64,000 nt of DNA from Acidimicrobiales bacterium (GTDB lineage Bacteria; Actinomycetota; Acidimicrobiia; Acidimicrobiales; AC-14), in NCBI GenBank assembly GCA_038238185.1, contig JBBRXY010000009.1:1385-65384 (forward strand), given 5' to 3'. Position numbers and translations under genes: made by a program. The notes beneath the pieces were generated by a model that made no database searches, was not told the origin of the DNA, and saw only the letters and a list, made by a program, of their open reading frames with translations. Below are positions 20,673 through 30,334 of this stretch, piece after piece. Every line of letters begins with the position of its first letter. The stretch's first letter is position 1.

Positions 20673-22247
20673 TCAGATCTTGTCGGGAGCGTCTCCAGCC
20701 GGAGTCGTGAGCACCGGTTCGGCGACGCCGCTCTCTTGGGCTGGGGCGACGTAGGTACCGAGGCCCTCGTGACTCCCCTGGAACTCGGGGTAGGCCAGCA
20801 CGCCCATCTCGGCCATGTCGAGGCCTTCCGTCTCTACTTCCTCTGTGGGCCGGATGCCACCCTTCATGAGGGCGTTCTGCACCTTGAAGAAGATGAGGGC
20901 GATGGAGAACATGACGATGGCGATGGTGAGGATCCCCATGGCCTGGGCGGCCAGCTGGCCCGCCCCGTCGCCCCCGTAGAAGATCCCGAAGACGTTCGGA
21001 GTGCCTCCCGTGAGGTTCCAATCCCCGCCGTAGCTGCCATCGGCGAAAAGGCCCACGGCGAGCACGCCCCAGGCTCCACAGACCCCGTGGACGGAGATGG
21101 CACCGACCGGGTCGTCGATGCCCCGCTTCTCGATGAACCATACCGACTCGACCACGACGAATCCGGCGACGACGCCGATCACCGCCGCGGCCCAGGGCTG
21201 GACGAAGGCGCAGGGGGCAGTGATGGCCACCAGTCCGGCGAGCATGCCGTTGGCCATCATCCCCGGGTCGGGCTTCTTGTCACGGCGCTGCTGCTTCCAC
21301 AGCATGGCGGCCACGGCTCCGAACGCTGCGGCGATGGCGGTGTTGGCGGCCACGACGGCGAAGCGGTTGTCGGTGGCCGCGAAGGTGGAGGCGGCGTTGA
21401 ACCCGAACCACCCGAACAGCAGGATGAACGTGCCCAGCATGGCCATGGGGATGTGATGGCCGGGGAGGGTCCGGGGTTTGCCGTCGGGCCCGTACTTGCC
21501 CAGCCGAGGCCCGAGCACCATCGCCCCGGCCAGTCCGGCTACGCCGCCCATCATGTGAACGACGCCGGAGCCGGCGAAGTCGACGTAGCCGTGTCCCATG
21601 TCGGCGCTGACGCCGAGCTGGGACAGCCACCCCCCACCCCAGGTCCAGGCTCCGAACAGGGGATAGTAGATGGCGCCGCAGAACAGTCCCCACTGGACGA
21701 AGGCGCTCCACTTCCAACGTTCGGCCATCGCCCCCGTGGGGATGGTGGCCGTGGTGTCCATGAACGCCACCATGTAGAGGAAGAATGCGAGCGTGCCCAC
21801 GTCGTAGGCCTTGCCACCGAGGAAGAAGCCGCCCTTCCACAACAGCACGTGGTTTCCGGACCCGATCAGGGCCCCGCCGACAGGGCTGTCGAGGCCGAAC
21901 ACTCCCGGGAGGCTGTACCCCCCGAACATGAAGGCGTAGCCGACGCAGAAGAAGGCCACGAACCCGAGGCCGAAGACGGCGAAGTTGGTGGTCACCACGT
22001 GAGCGGCGTGCTTGGCCCGGCAGAACCCGGTCTCCACCAGCGCGAAGCCGGCCTGCATGAAGATCACCAGCACGGCGCCGATCACAATCCACAGCAGGTT
22101 CAGGCTGATCTCGCCGTGCGTCAGCGGGATCGGATTCGCCGGGTCGAGGGGCGGGGTTCCACCGCCATCGGTGGAGCTCGCCCACGCTGTCGCGGCCATG
22201 ACGGCAAACGCCGCCACTCCGCAGGCAGCACCGACGGCCGCTTTCAT
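20673..22247 (-). CDS. amt: Ammonium transporter, second paralog, with an N-terminal signal peptide
   Basis: MKAAVGAACGVAAFAVMAATAWA signal peptide, VIFMQAGFALVETGF, AGSGVVHMMGGVAGLAG and SVHGVCGAWGVLAVGLF. Start trimmed to the ATG at 22247. Confidence 0.95.
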   Translation of the reverse strand: MKAAVGAACGVAAFAVMAATAWASSTDGGGTPPLDPANPIPLTHGEISLNLLWIVIGAVLVIFMQAGFALVETGFCRAKHAAHVVTTNFAVFGLGFVAFFCVGYAFMFGGYSLPGVFGLDSPVGGALIGSGNHVLLWKGGFFLGGKAYDVGTLAFFLYMVAFMDTTATIPTGAMAERWKWSAFVQWGLFCGAIYYPLFGAWTWGGGWLSQLGVSADMGHGYVDFAGSGVVHMMGGVAGLAGAMVLGPRLGKYGPDGKPRTLPGHHIPMAMLGTFILLFGWFGFNAASTFAATDNRFAVVAANTAIAAAFGAVAAMLWKQQRRDKKPDPGMMANGMLAGLVAITAPCAFVQPWAAAVIGVVAGFVVVESVWFIEKRGIDDPVGAISVHGVCGAWGVLAVGLFADGSYGGDWNLTGGTPNVFGIFYGGDGAGQLAAQAMGILTIAIVMFSIALIFFKVQNALMKGGIRPTEEVETEGLDMAEMGVLAYPEFQGSHEGLGTYVAPAQESGVAEPVLTTPAGDAPDKI

Positions 22248-22327
22248 GGATCTGTGACGCACAGGGCCCTCCCTTGTCGAACAGTTGCCCGTTTCCGGGA
22301 GAGTAGGGAAAACCGGTTTCGAAGCCG

Positions 22328-25120
22328 TCACCCGCGTGTTGCCGTTCGTGGGCGATCGTCTTTCGTGTATCTGACACGAAGCCGGGCCCAACGCGACGGG
22401 GATGCCCCCTGAGCGAGGGTACGGCTCATCCGGCCGATGGTCCGATCGTCGAGTTTTCGGCCCGAGCGGTCGGTGAGCTCGAACACGTCGCGAGCCGTAC
22501 CCTCGGAAGTGGTCGAGAGCCGGGCTGCGTGCACGTTCGTCCCCGCCGAGGCGAAGGCGGTTGTGAGCTGGAAGAGGAGACCCTTCCGGTCGACCGCCTC
22601 GACCGTTACAACCGAGTGCCAGGGCGACGCCTCGTTGTCAACGTCGAGGACCGCATCCGGAAGTGACGACGAGGAGAGTGGCGCATCCAGCGCCGCGATC
22701 ATGCGCGCCTCGAGCTCCCGCGGGTCCGGCGGTTGACCGGCGACGACGAACGAGCCGAGCGCGCATCCGTCGCCCCAGGTGGCGACGGTCGCGGCGGTGA
22801 CATCGAGGTCGAACGAGGCGAGCACCCCGGCCTCGGCGGCCAGCAGGCCTAAGCGGTCGGCCGCCACCAGCTCCACCCGGAGCCCGTCCTGGGCGAGGGA
22901 GGCGCCATTGCCGGCGGCCGCAGGGGGAGTAGTGCCCGGCCTCGGTGATCGGACCAGCGACACCCGGACCGACTGACGGCCGGGCGCGGGTTCGGACAGC
23001 GTGGCCTGGCGGGCCAGGTCGACGGGATCGACGGCGAGTACGTAGGCCCGCGGCGCAACGGCGATGCGCTCCCTGACCGCGGGATCATCGGTGAGCCGGC
23101 CGGCACGGGCCCTTCGTTCCTCGACGGTGTTCGACGCGCCCCGCCCCACCAGTTCGGGGTGGGACAGAACTTGCTGGAGGAGTGCGTCCAGGGCTCGTAG
23201 GCGGTCGCGCATCCCGATGTCGCCATTGACGCCGGCCTGGGCGAGCAGGTATTGAGCTCTCGCTCGTTCGGGTGAGCCGAGGTGGGCGGCAAGCTGGAGC
23301 ACGGGCTCCTCTGACAGGGCGTCGAGACGGCGGGCGGCGGCGGGAAGGAGGGCGACGTTGTCCACCAGTCCGGCCACGGCCTGCTCGGTGGCCGCACCTA
23401 GATCGAGCCGTTTGACCAGCCGGCGAGCCACGATCACCGGCTCGTCCGGGCCACCGTCGGTGGCATCGAGGACGATGGCAGCGAGGAGGAGGCGTTCGGG
23501 ATTGGTGACCTCCGTCGAAATGGGATCCTCCCGGAGGCGGGCAAGGGTGGGCCAGCGCAACGCCTCGAGAGGGTCGACCTGGGTGGCGTCGGCCTGACGT
23601 CGTCGGAGGGCCTCGGCGAGCTCGGGCAGGGCACGGTTGAGGATCCCGGTCACGGCGAGGAACCGCCACGAGCGGGGACCGCCTCCGGCCAACAGCTCGA
23701 GCAGCCGTCGCCGGGCCTCGGCGTTCCATGGCAGGCGTTCGTCGGGCAGGTCGCCCAGCCACGACAACAGTCGAGAACCGGGCTGGCGGGTCTCACATGC
23801 CAGTGCAGCCTGGAGGGCCACCGTGAGGGCGTCGGCCAGCGGAGGCTCGCCGGCCAACTCCACCGTGCGGTCCGATTCCCCGCCTATACCGGCTGTATGC
23901 ACCTTCAACCATCCGCCGGGGGGTGCCGATTGGGGTGCGGCCGCTCGGACCCGGGCCCGCAACCGACCCAGGCGCCAGCGCAGCGCCGGTGGTGTGAACA
24001 ACGTCGTCGCCAGCACGACCAGGAGGAGGGCGGCGTACAGGTCATCTCCGAAGACGTGCTGGCGCAGCCCGATGGCGGCGAAGATCAAGCCCACCTCGCC
24101 GCGCGGGATCATGCCGATGCCCACCAGCAGTCGGTCACCGCGACCGAGCAGGCCGGCCGCCGAGACGAGCTTGGTGATGACCGCCACCGCCAGGAGGGCG
24201 CCCGCCAGGGCCAGCACCGCGGGGTCGGCGAACCGGCCCACGTCGGCGTCGATGCCGATCTGGAGAAAGAACACCGGGATGAAGAGGTGCCCGACCGGCG
24301 CCAGGTCTCGGCGGATTCGGTCGGCCGCTCGGCATCGCGACAGCGAGATGCCGGCGACGAAGGCGCCGACGATGGGCGCCAGCCCCGCGACCTCGGCCAG
24401 TTCGGCCACGCCCAGGGTGAAGGCGAGGGCCAGACCCACCAGCGTGCCCGCCGAACGGCTGTGCCGTTGCACCAGGGCGAACACCTGGGGCGCCAGGCGA
24501 ACACCGATGACCGTCGTGATCACGAGGAAGCCGATGGCCAGGGCGACCACACCCACGACCGACAGCGCCGACACCGTGTCTCCGGATACGACCTTGACGA
24601 CCACGGTGAGGATGACGAGCCCGATCACGTCGTCGGCCACGGCCGCGCCAAGGACGGTGCGAGCCTCCACCGTGGCCAGGGCACCCAGGTCGTTGAAGAC
24701 TCGGGCGGTGATGCCCACACTTGTTGCCGTGAGGGCGGCGCCGACGAACAGTGCCTCCTGACCCGACATCCCGACCAGGACACCCATGCCCCCGCCGGCC
24801 GCGAACGGGACGGCAACCCCTATGAGCGCCACGGTGATCGACGATCGTCCGACCGCTCCCAGCTCGGCCAGGTCCATCTCCATGCCGACCTGTAGCAGCA
24901 GGAGGATCACGCCCAGCTGCCCCAGAACGGAGAGGACGGCGTCGCCGCCGACCAGCCCCAGGGCGGATGGGCCGATGAGCACCCCGGCCAGGATCTCGCC
25001 GACCACGGCCGGAACACCGACGCGTTCAGCCACCTCGGCGGCGACCTTGGCCGCAACGAGAACGACAAGAACATGGAGAAGAACCGTGGTGACGCTCGTC
25101 TGGGCGACGGTAGGGAGCAT
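22328..25120 (-). CDS. Fusion protein: N-terminal CPA2 (Kef-type) cation/H+ antiporter plus a C-terminal GlnD-like module (degenerate HD region and two ACT domains, no nucleotidyltransferase domain)
   Basis: About the first 390 aa are polytopic, with GEILAGVLIGPSALG and LLLLQVGMEMDL. The C-terminal 540 aa parallels GlnD: AVTGILNRALPELAEAL...QVDPLEALRWPTL, LLLAAIVLDATDG and APRAYVLAVDPVDLARQ. ACT-like units are VAADRLGLLAAEAGVLASFDLDV and VEAVDRKGLLFQLTTAFASAGTNVHAARLSTTSEGTARDVFELTD. Confidence 0.8.
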   Translation of the reverse strand: MLPTVAQTSVTTVLLHVLVVLVAAKVAAEVAERVGVPAVVGEILAGVLIGPSALGLVGGDAVLSVLGQLGVILLLLQVGMEMDLAELGAVGRSSITVALIGVAVPFAAGGGMGVLVGMSGQEALFVGAALTATSVGITARVFNDLGALATVEARTVLGAAVADDVIGLVILTVVVKVVSGDTVSALSVVGVVALAIGFLVITTVIGVRLAPQVFALVQRHSRSAGTLVGLALAFTLGVAELAEVAGLAPIVGAFVAGISLSRCRAADRIRRDLAPVGHLFIPVFFLQIGIDADVGRFADPAVLALAGALLAVAVITKLVSAAGLLGRGDRLLVGIGMIPRGEVGLIFAAIGLRQHVFGDDLYAALLLVVLATTLFTPPALRWRLGRLRARVRAAAPQSAPPGGWLKVHTAGIGGESDRTVELAGEPPLADALTVALQAALACETRQPGSRLLSWLGDLPDERLPWNAEARRRLLELLAGGGPRSWRFLAVTGILNRALPELAEALRRRQADATQVDPLEALRWPTLARLREDPISTEVTNPERLLLAAIVLDATDGGPDEPVIVARRLVKRLDLGAATEQAVAGLVDNVALLPAAARRLDALSEEPVLQLAAHLGSPERARAQYLLAQAGVNGDIGMRDRLRALDALLQQVLSHPELVGRGASNTVEERRARAGRLTDDPAVRERIAVAPRAYVLAVDPVDLARQATLSEPAPGRQSVRVSLVRSPRPGTTPPAAAGNGASLAQDGLRVELVAADRLGLLAAEAGVLASFDLDVTAATVATWGDGCALGSFVVAGQPPDPRELEARMIAALDAPLSSSSLPDAVLDVDNEASPWHSVVTVEAVDRKGLLFQLTTAFASAGTNVHAARLSTTSEGTARDVFELTDRSGRKLDDRTIGRMSRTLAQGASPSRWARLRVRYTKDDRPRTATRG

Positions 25121-25184
25121 GCGTTGCCAGTCGATGTTCGCCGCATGAACGGTCTGTTACATCGGCCTCCTGGCTGATGACGGC

Positions 25185-25574
25185 GTGTCACCGGTGTGGC
25201 AAGGTCGAGGCATGTTCACTGAGGAGTGGAACACCGTCCCTTTGCGCGACCGGCGTCGCATCCGCCGGATGGTCCGCATCGGCCGTCTTCCCGAGGACGC
25301 CGACGAGGCTCGACTGGCCCAGGCCTTCGCCGTTCGGGAGCGGGCTCGGCTGGTATGGCGCGCCTTCTGGTTCTGGTTCGTCCCGGCAATGATCGTTGCC
25401 CTCGGGGTGGCGATGACGATCCACCCCATCGTCATCGGCATCGTCCTGGCCACCGGCGCCCAGGCCTTGGTCGTCCGCCGCAATGCCAGCCGCATCGCTC
25501 GCCAGTCCGCCGACCGGCCCCTTTCCGGACCTCGAGGCGCTCCTGTTTCGCCTCTCTCAGCGGAGTGTGACTAG
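25185..25574 (+). CDS. Hypothetical small membrane protein
   Basis: Two predicted TM helices (FWFWFVPAMIVALGVAMTIHPIVIGIVLATGA). The start is uncertain (ATG at 25212 is plausible). No family recognised. Confidence 0.4.
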   Translation: MSPVWQGRGMFTEEWNTVPLRDRRRIRRMVRIGRLPEDADEARLAQAFAVRERARLVWRAFWFWFVPAMIVALGVAMTIHPIVIGIVLATGAQALVVRRNASRIARQSADRPLSGPRGAPVSPLSAECD

Positions 25575-25735
25575 GGCTTTGCATCGGCCTCCGCCCCCTT
25601 CCGGGGCGTAGACTCTGCCTCTACCCACCTCGGATGAGCCTCGAAGGCGGACTTCGTCCACCGCCTCTCGAGGCCGACCTCGACATCCGCTCGACCTGGG
25701 CTCTCTCGAGAACCACCTGCCGTTACACTCCGGTC

Positions 25736-26119
25736 ATGCATTCGCGCCCGGTGCAGCACTGGGCCATCCTGGCCTTGGTGGTGGCGTCGGTCGCCATGAT
25801 CCTCGGCGGCGGTGCAGCCGGGACCTCGCAGGACACCCGGGAGACTGGCGCGGCTGCGTCCAGCTCGGTCACTTCGTCGGTCCGATTGCCGGACGTGATC
25901 GTGCGCTCCGAGGCCGACCGCGAGGACTTGGTGTTCGGAAAGCTCGCAGGCTCCGTGGGCCTACTCTGCCTTGTCGCCATATCCGTGTCGAGCCTGCTGG
26001 CGCTGCTGGCACGGGCTCGCCGGCGGGGGAGGCGGAGTCGCCGTGAGCGCGTCTCGCGGCCAGCGCCCCTCCGGCACGCCCTCACCCGGCGGGCGCCACC
26101 GGTTCTCCAACCCATCTAG
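25736..26119 (+). CDS. Hypothetical membrane protein (N- and C-terminal TM segments, Arg-rich tail)
   Basis: ORF trimmed to the ATG at 25736 (MHSRPVQHWAILALVVASVAMILGG...). Weak evidence only. Confidence 0.35.
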   Translation: MHSRPVQHWAILALVVASVAMILGGGAAGTSQDTRETGAAASSSVTSSVRLPDVIVRSEADREDLVFGKLAGSVGLLCLVAISVSSLLALLARARRRGRRSRRERVSRPAPLRHALTRRAPPVLQPI

Positions 26120-26152
26120 TCCCCAGGACCCGCCCCCGGAGGGGCGAAGGAG

Positions 26153-26596
26153 TTGGAGGAGATAATGACCCGCCTCGATACACGGCCGTACCCGCCGTCT
26201 GTGCGGCGCGCCTTACCGAAGATCGGGCTCTACGCCTGCCTTGCCGCCGCCCTGGTCCTCATGCTCGTCGGTGTGTCACTACTCAGTCTTCCCTCCGTCG
26301 TGCCAAAGCTCACGGTGGTGAACCCGGGCGCCTACCAGGTCCACGTGGAGGTCAGCGGTAGCGGGAAGGATGGCTGGCTCGACCTTGGTGCCGTCGAACG
26401 CGAGAGCACGAAGACACTGGAGGAGTTGATCGACCAGGGCCACACCTGGCTCTTCCGCTTCTCCTATGGCGGTGTGCCGGCGGGTGAGACGGTGGTCGTC
26501 CGGTCGGCGCTCAAGAGGGACGGGTGGAGGATCACCGTCCCCGCCGAGGTCACCGAACGCCTGCGCCAAACCGGGATGGCCCCATCGGCCCAGTGA
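26153..26596 (+). CDS. Hypothetical membrane-anchored protein
   Basis: Single N-terminal TM helix (IGLYACLAAALVLMLVGVSLLSL) followed by a beta-rich soluble domain. No family recognised. Confidence 0.45.
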   Translation: MEEIMTRLDTRPYPPSVRRALPKIGLYACLAAALVLMLVGVSLLSLPSVVPKLTVVNPGAYQVHVEVSGSGKDGWLDLGAVERESTKTLEELIDQGHTWLFRFSYGGVPAGETVVVRSALKRDGWRITVPAEVTERLRQTGMAPSAQ

Positions 26597-26630
26597 TCAA
26601 CGAGGTCGAGGTCGGGGTCGGAGGGGCCGC

Positions 26631-26981
26631 TCAGGCTTCCAGCTCATAGTCGGGGTTGAGCAGGGCCAGACGCCCTTGGTGGGCGCCCAGGATCCCCTCG
26701 GCGACGAGACGGCTACCGGGTCGGATGCCGGCGACCTCCCGGCGGCCGAGGAACACCACCTCGATCCCGCCCGTGTCGTCGACCAGGGTGCATTCGAGCG
26801 TGGGCACGCCGCCCCAGGGCTGGACACGTACCGACCGGAGCCGGCCGGCGACCCTGGCCCGCTGTCGCCAGCGAACGTCACCGATCGAGACCACACCGGT
26901 TCGGCGGGCCGGAGCGGCCTGTGGAGCGGAGTGACCGGCCCGAGCGGCCCTTCGAGCGGGGTGACGGACGAGCAGATTCAT
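26631..26981 (-). CDS. OB-fold nucleic-acid-binding-domain protein (copy 1)
   Basis: RARVAGRLRSVRVQPWGGVPTLECTLVDDTGGIEVVFLGRREVAGIRPGSRLVAEG...LLNPDYEL. Paralog of 34964..35329. Its start overlaps the APC permease stop by 4 nt. Confidence 0.65.
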   Translation of the reverse strand: MNLLVRHPARRAARAGHSAPQAAPARRTGVVSIGDVRWRQRARVAGRLRSVRVQPWGGVPTLECTLVDDTGGIEVVFLGRREVAGIRPGSRLVAEGILGAHQGRLALLNPDYELEA

Positions 26982-29041
26982 CGGTTGCTCCCGCTGGGCG
27001 TGGTGGTGGTGGCGTCGTCGGATGGGTCAGGTCTCGCTGCCCGTCGCCGGCGTTCACTCGGTTGGCCCAGGCCGAGGTGGTAGGGCACGAACGTCACATT
27101 GGCGTGGGGCAGGCGGGACACGGCGCGCGCGATGCGGTCGCTCGTGCGGTCGTGCAGGAGCCGGTGCCAGACCCGACGATGCTCCAGACGGGGGATGAGC
27201 ACGGTGACCTCGGTGTCGCCGGTGGCGGAGACCTCGGCCACCACCTCCATCACCGACCGACTGATCCGGCGATCCGGACAGTCGACCAGTTCGAGGGGGA
27301 ACCGGGACAGGCCCAGGCGGCGCCAGTCGTCTGCCAGGTGCTCGGCCTGGTGAGGGTCGGCGGCCACGTGTACGGCTCGGAGCTCATCGGGGGTGAGGGC
27401 GCGGGCGTACTGCATGGCCCGGGCGGCGCTGCGGTCGAGGCTGTTCACCAGCACGAGCACCACGTGGCGGCGCAGGATCCGTGCGCTGGCTGCCGTGCGG
27501 GCGTCGCCTTCGAGCTCGGTGGCCTCGGCCTCGTACTGGCGGTTGAGGCGCACCAGCAGCGCCACCATGATCGGGACCAGCACGATGATGACCCAGGCAC
27601 CGAGGATGGCGCCCTTGGGCTTGAACTTGGTGATGGCGATGACCACGGCAACAACCAGGGACAGGAAAGCCCCCGTGGCGTTGATGAATAGGCCCCGCTT
27701 CCAACCCTCCTCCTTCTTGGTGATGTGGTGCTTGGCCATGCCGGCCTGGGAGAGAGTGAACGACGTGAACACGCCGATGGCGTAGAGCGGGATCAGGCGG
27801 TCGACCTTGGCCTGGGTGATGGCAACGAGGAACATCGATGCCGCCGCCAACGAGATGATCCCGTTGGAGAAGACCAGGCGGTGGCCCCGCTTGGTGAGCT
27901 GGCGGGGCATGAAGTCGTCGCCGGCGGCGAACGATGCCAGCCGGGGAAAGTCGGCGAAGCTGGTGTTGGCCGCCATGACCAGGATGAGCATGGTGCCGGC
28001 CTGCAGGCAGTAGAAGGCGATGCCGCCGAGGGCGCCCCCGCCGAACACCACCTTGGCGATCTGGGAGATGACCGTCGGCGTGCCCTTCTCGTAGGGCACC
28101 ACGTGCATTCTCGCCGCGAGGATCGACAGGCCAAGGAACATCGTCCCGAGCGTCGCCCCCATGATCACGAGCGTGCTCCGGGCGTTCCTCCACTCCGGCA
28201 CGCGGAAGGCAGTGACTCCGTTGGAGATGGCCTCGACGCCGGTGACTGCCGCGCCGCCGGACGCGAAGGCCCGGAGGACGACGAACAGCGTGGCCCCCTG
28301 CAGCCACCCGTTTCCGGGCCGACCCAGCGGCATCATCCCGGGTTGGTCAATGGCCTGGACCGGGAGGTGGCCGAAGACGAGGCGCCCCAGGCCGACGGCG
28401 AGGAGGGCCACCATGGTCGCGATGAAGAAGTAGGTGGGAACGGCGAAGAGGCGACCCGACTCCTTCACCCCTCGCAGGTTCCCGTAGGCGATGATCATCA
28501 CGAAGGTGATGGCGATGGGTATGGCATAGCTGGCCAGGCTCGGGAAGGCCGAGATGAGAGCAGCGGCGCCGGCGGCGACCGACACGGCCACGGTGAGGAC
28601 GTAGTCGGTGAGCAGGGACACGCCGGCAAACTGGGCGGGCAGAAGGCCGAAGTTGTCGCGGGTGACGACGTAGGCGCCGCCGGCGGTGGGGTAGGCCTTG
28701 ATCGTCTGGCGGTAGGACAGGATGAGAAAGGCCAGGACTACCAGCAAGACGATGGTGATGGGCATCACCAGGCTGAAGGCGGCGATGCCTACGAACTGCA
28801 CCAGGTGGCGGAGGATCTCCTCCGTTCCGTAGGCCACCGACGACAGGTTGTCGGACGCGAACACAGCCAGGGCGGTGGGCTTGCCGAGGCGCTCGTGGGC
28901 CAGGTCCTCGGTGTCGAGCGGCTGGCCCAGCAGCTTGGTCTTGACCCGGTCTCCGATGGTCTCGGGCAGGGCCTCACGACAGAAAGGGGGAATCGGACTG
29001 GGCGGGGTGAACTGACCGGTGGGGGTCCTGGAATCGAGCAT
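26978..29041 (-). CDS. APC-superfamily permease with a cytoplasmic C-terminal domain (copy 1)
   Basis: LGKPTALAVFASDNLSSVAYGTEEILRHL, 12 TM helices and a C-terminal soluble domain ending VTFVPYHL. Start trimmed to the ATG at 29041. Confidence 0.85.
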   Translation of the reverse strand: MLDSRTPTGQFTPPSPIPPFCREALPETIGDRVKTKLLGQPLDTEDLAHERLGKPTALAVFASDNLSSVAYGTEEILRHLVQFVGIAAFSLVMPITIVLLVVLAFLILSYRQTIKAYPTAGGAYVVTRDNFGLLPAQFAGVSLLTDYVLTVAVSVAAGAAALISAFPSLASYAIPIAITFVMIIAYGNLRGVKESGRLFAVPTYFFIATMVALLAVGLGRLVFGHLPVQAIDQPGMMPLGRPGNGWLQGATLFVVLRAFASGGAAVTGVEAISNGVTAFRVPEWRNARSTLVIMGATLGTMFLGLSILAARMHVVPYEKGTPTVISQIAKVVFGGGALGGIAFYCLQAGTMLILVMAANTSFADFPRLASFAAGDDFMPRQLTKRGHRLVFSNGIISLAAASMFLVAITQAKVDRLIPLYAIGVFTSFTLSQAGMAKHHITKKEEGWKRGLFINATGAFLSLVVAVVIAITKFKPKGAILGAWVIIVLVPIMVALLVRLNRQYEAEATELEGDARTAASARILRRHVVLVLVNSLDRSAARAMQYARALTPDELRAVHVAADPHQAEHLADDWRRLGLSRFPLELVDCPDRRISRSVMEVVAEVSATGDTEVTVLIPRLEHRRVWHRLLHDRTSDRIARAVSRLPHANVTFVPYHLGLGQPSERRRRAARPDPSDDATTTTPSGSNR

Positions 29042-29194
29042 TGCCACAAGCACAGCCCACCGCCGCCTCAAGGGGCCGTCAACGCGTGCCCCAGACCGTA
29101 AAGATGGCGCAAGTATCAGGTCGTGATCACGGACGGACGTGCCGCCGGGGCCCACAACCAGCTCGCGCGGTGCGATGGTGGGGGTACGTCAACA

Positions 29195-30334
29195 ATGACC
29201 GGTCTCGTTTTCGCACGCAAGACGCCGTGGTTGGGCGCCGCCGTCGGTGTTGCCGTCGTGGGCGCGACGGTGGCAGCGTTGGCGCCGCTCGGGGCCGACG
29301 TGAGCCGCGCCACACCCGCGCTGGTGCTTGTCCTCGCCGTGGTGGGCGCCTGCCTCCTGGGTGGTGGACGAGCGGCCGTGACCGTGGCCGTGGTGGCCGC
29401 CGTCACCTACAACCTCGCATTCGTACCTCCGGTGTGGACCCTTAAGGTCAACGCCGGTGAGGACTGGGTGGCACTGGCCGTCTTCCTGGCCGTCGCCGTC
29501 TCGGTGGGCCTGCTCGTGGCCGGGGAGGCCGACCGGCGCCGGCGGGCCGAGCAGCGCGAGGCCGAGCTGCGCGCCCTGTACGCCGAGCTCGAGGCGGTCG
29601 CGGCCGAACGGGGCCGGCTGGCCGAGGAGGCAGCCCGGGTCACCCTCCTCGAAGACGTCGACGAGCAGCGGTCCGCACTGCTGCGCTCGGTGTCGCACGA
29701 TCTGCGTACTCCGCTGGCGACCATCCGGGCCGTGGCCAGCGACTTGCGTGACGGGACCGTCTACGACGAGCCCACCCGTACCGAGCTCCTGGCCACCGTC
29801 TGCGACGAGGCCGAGCGCCTCGACCGACTGGTGGCCAACCTGCTCTCGCTGTCGCGCATCGAGGCCGGCGCGCTGCGCCCGGAGCGCCAGGCTGTCCCGT
29901 TCGATGAGCTCGTCACCGATCGGGTCCGGCGCCTGTCCCGGATGTTCCGCCAGGTGCGTGTCGACGTGAGCCTGCCCGCCGACCAGTCCCTGGTCGACGG
30001 CGACTACAGCCAGCTCGACCAGGTGGTGACCAATCTCCTGGAGAACGCCGCCCGCCACGCTCCCCAGGGGTCCACCGTCCGCCTCGACGGCCGCAGGCGC
30101 GACGCCATGCTCGAGGTGCGGGTGAGCGACGAGGGCTCCGGCGTAGCCGAGTGGGAACGCAACCGGGTGTTCGAGGCATTCCGTCGTGGAGAGGGCAGCT
30201 CGTCGACCGGTGTCGGCCTGGCTATCTGCGCGGCCATCGTCGAGGCTCATGACGGGCAGATCTGGGTCGAGCACACCTCGGGCGGCGGAGCTACCTTCGT
30301 GTTCACCCTGCCGCTCAGGAAGATGGGCCCGTGA
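29195..30334 (+). CDS. KdpD-like sensor histidine kinase lacking the N-terminal KdpD/Usp sensor (DUF4118 TM module plus HisKA plus HATPase)
   Basis: Four TM helices, then EQRSALLRSVSHDLRTPLATIRAVASDL and NLLENAARHAP...GVGLAICAAIVEAHDGQIWVE. Only about 380 aa, versus about 850-900 aa for full-length KdpD (from memory). Confidence 0.85.
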   Translation: MTGLVFARKTPWLGAAVGVAVVGATVAALAPLGADVSRATPALVLVLAVVGACLLGGGRAAVTVAVVAAVTYNLAFVPPVWTLKVNAGEDWVALAVFLAVAVSVGLLVAGEADRRRRAEQREAELRALYAELEAVAAERGRLAEEAARVTLLEDVDEQRSALLRSVSHDLRTPLATIRAVASDLRDGTVYDEPTRTELLATVCDEAERLDRLVANLLSLSRIEAGALRPERQAVPFDELVTDRVRRLSRMFRQVRVDVSLPADQSLVDGDYSQLDQVVTNLLENAARHAPQGSTVRLDGRRRDAMLEVRVSDEGSGVAEWERNRVFEAFRRGEGSSSTGVGLAICAAIVEAHDGQIWVEHTSGGGATFVFTLPLRKMGP

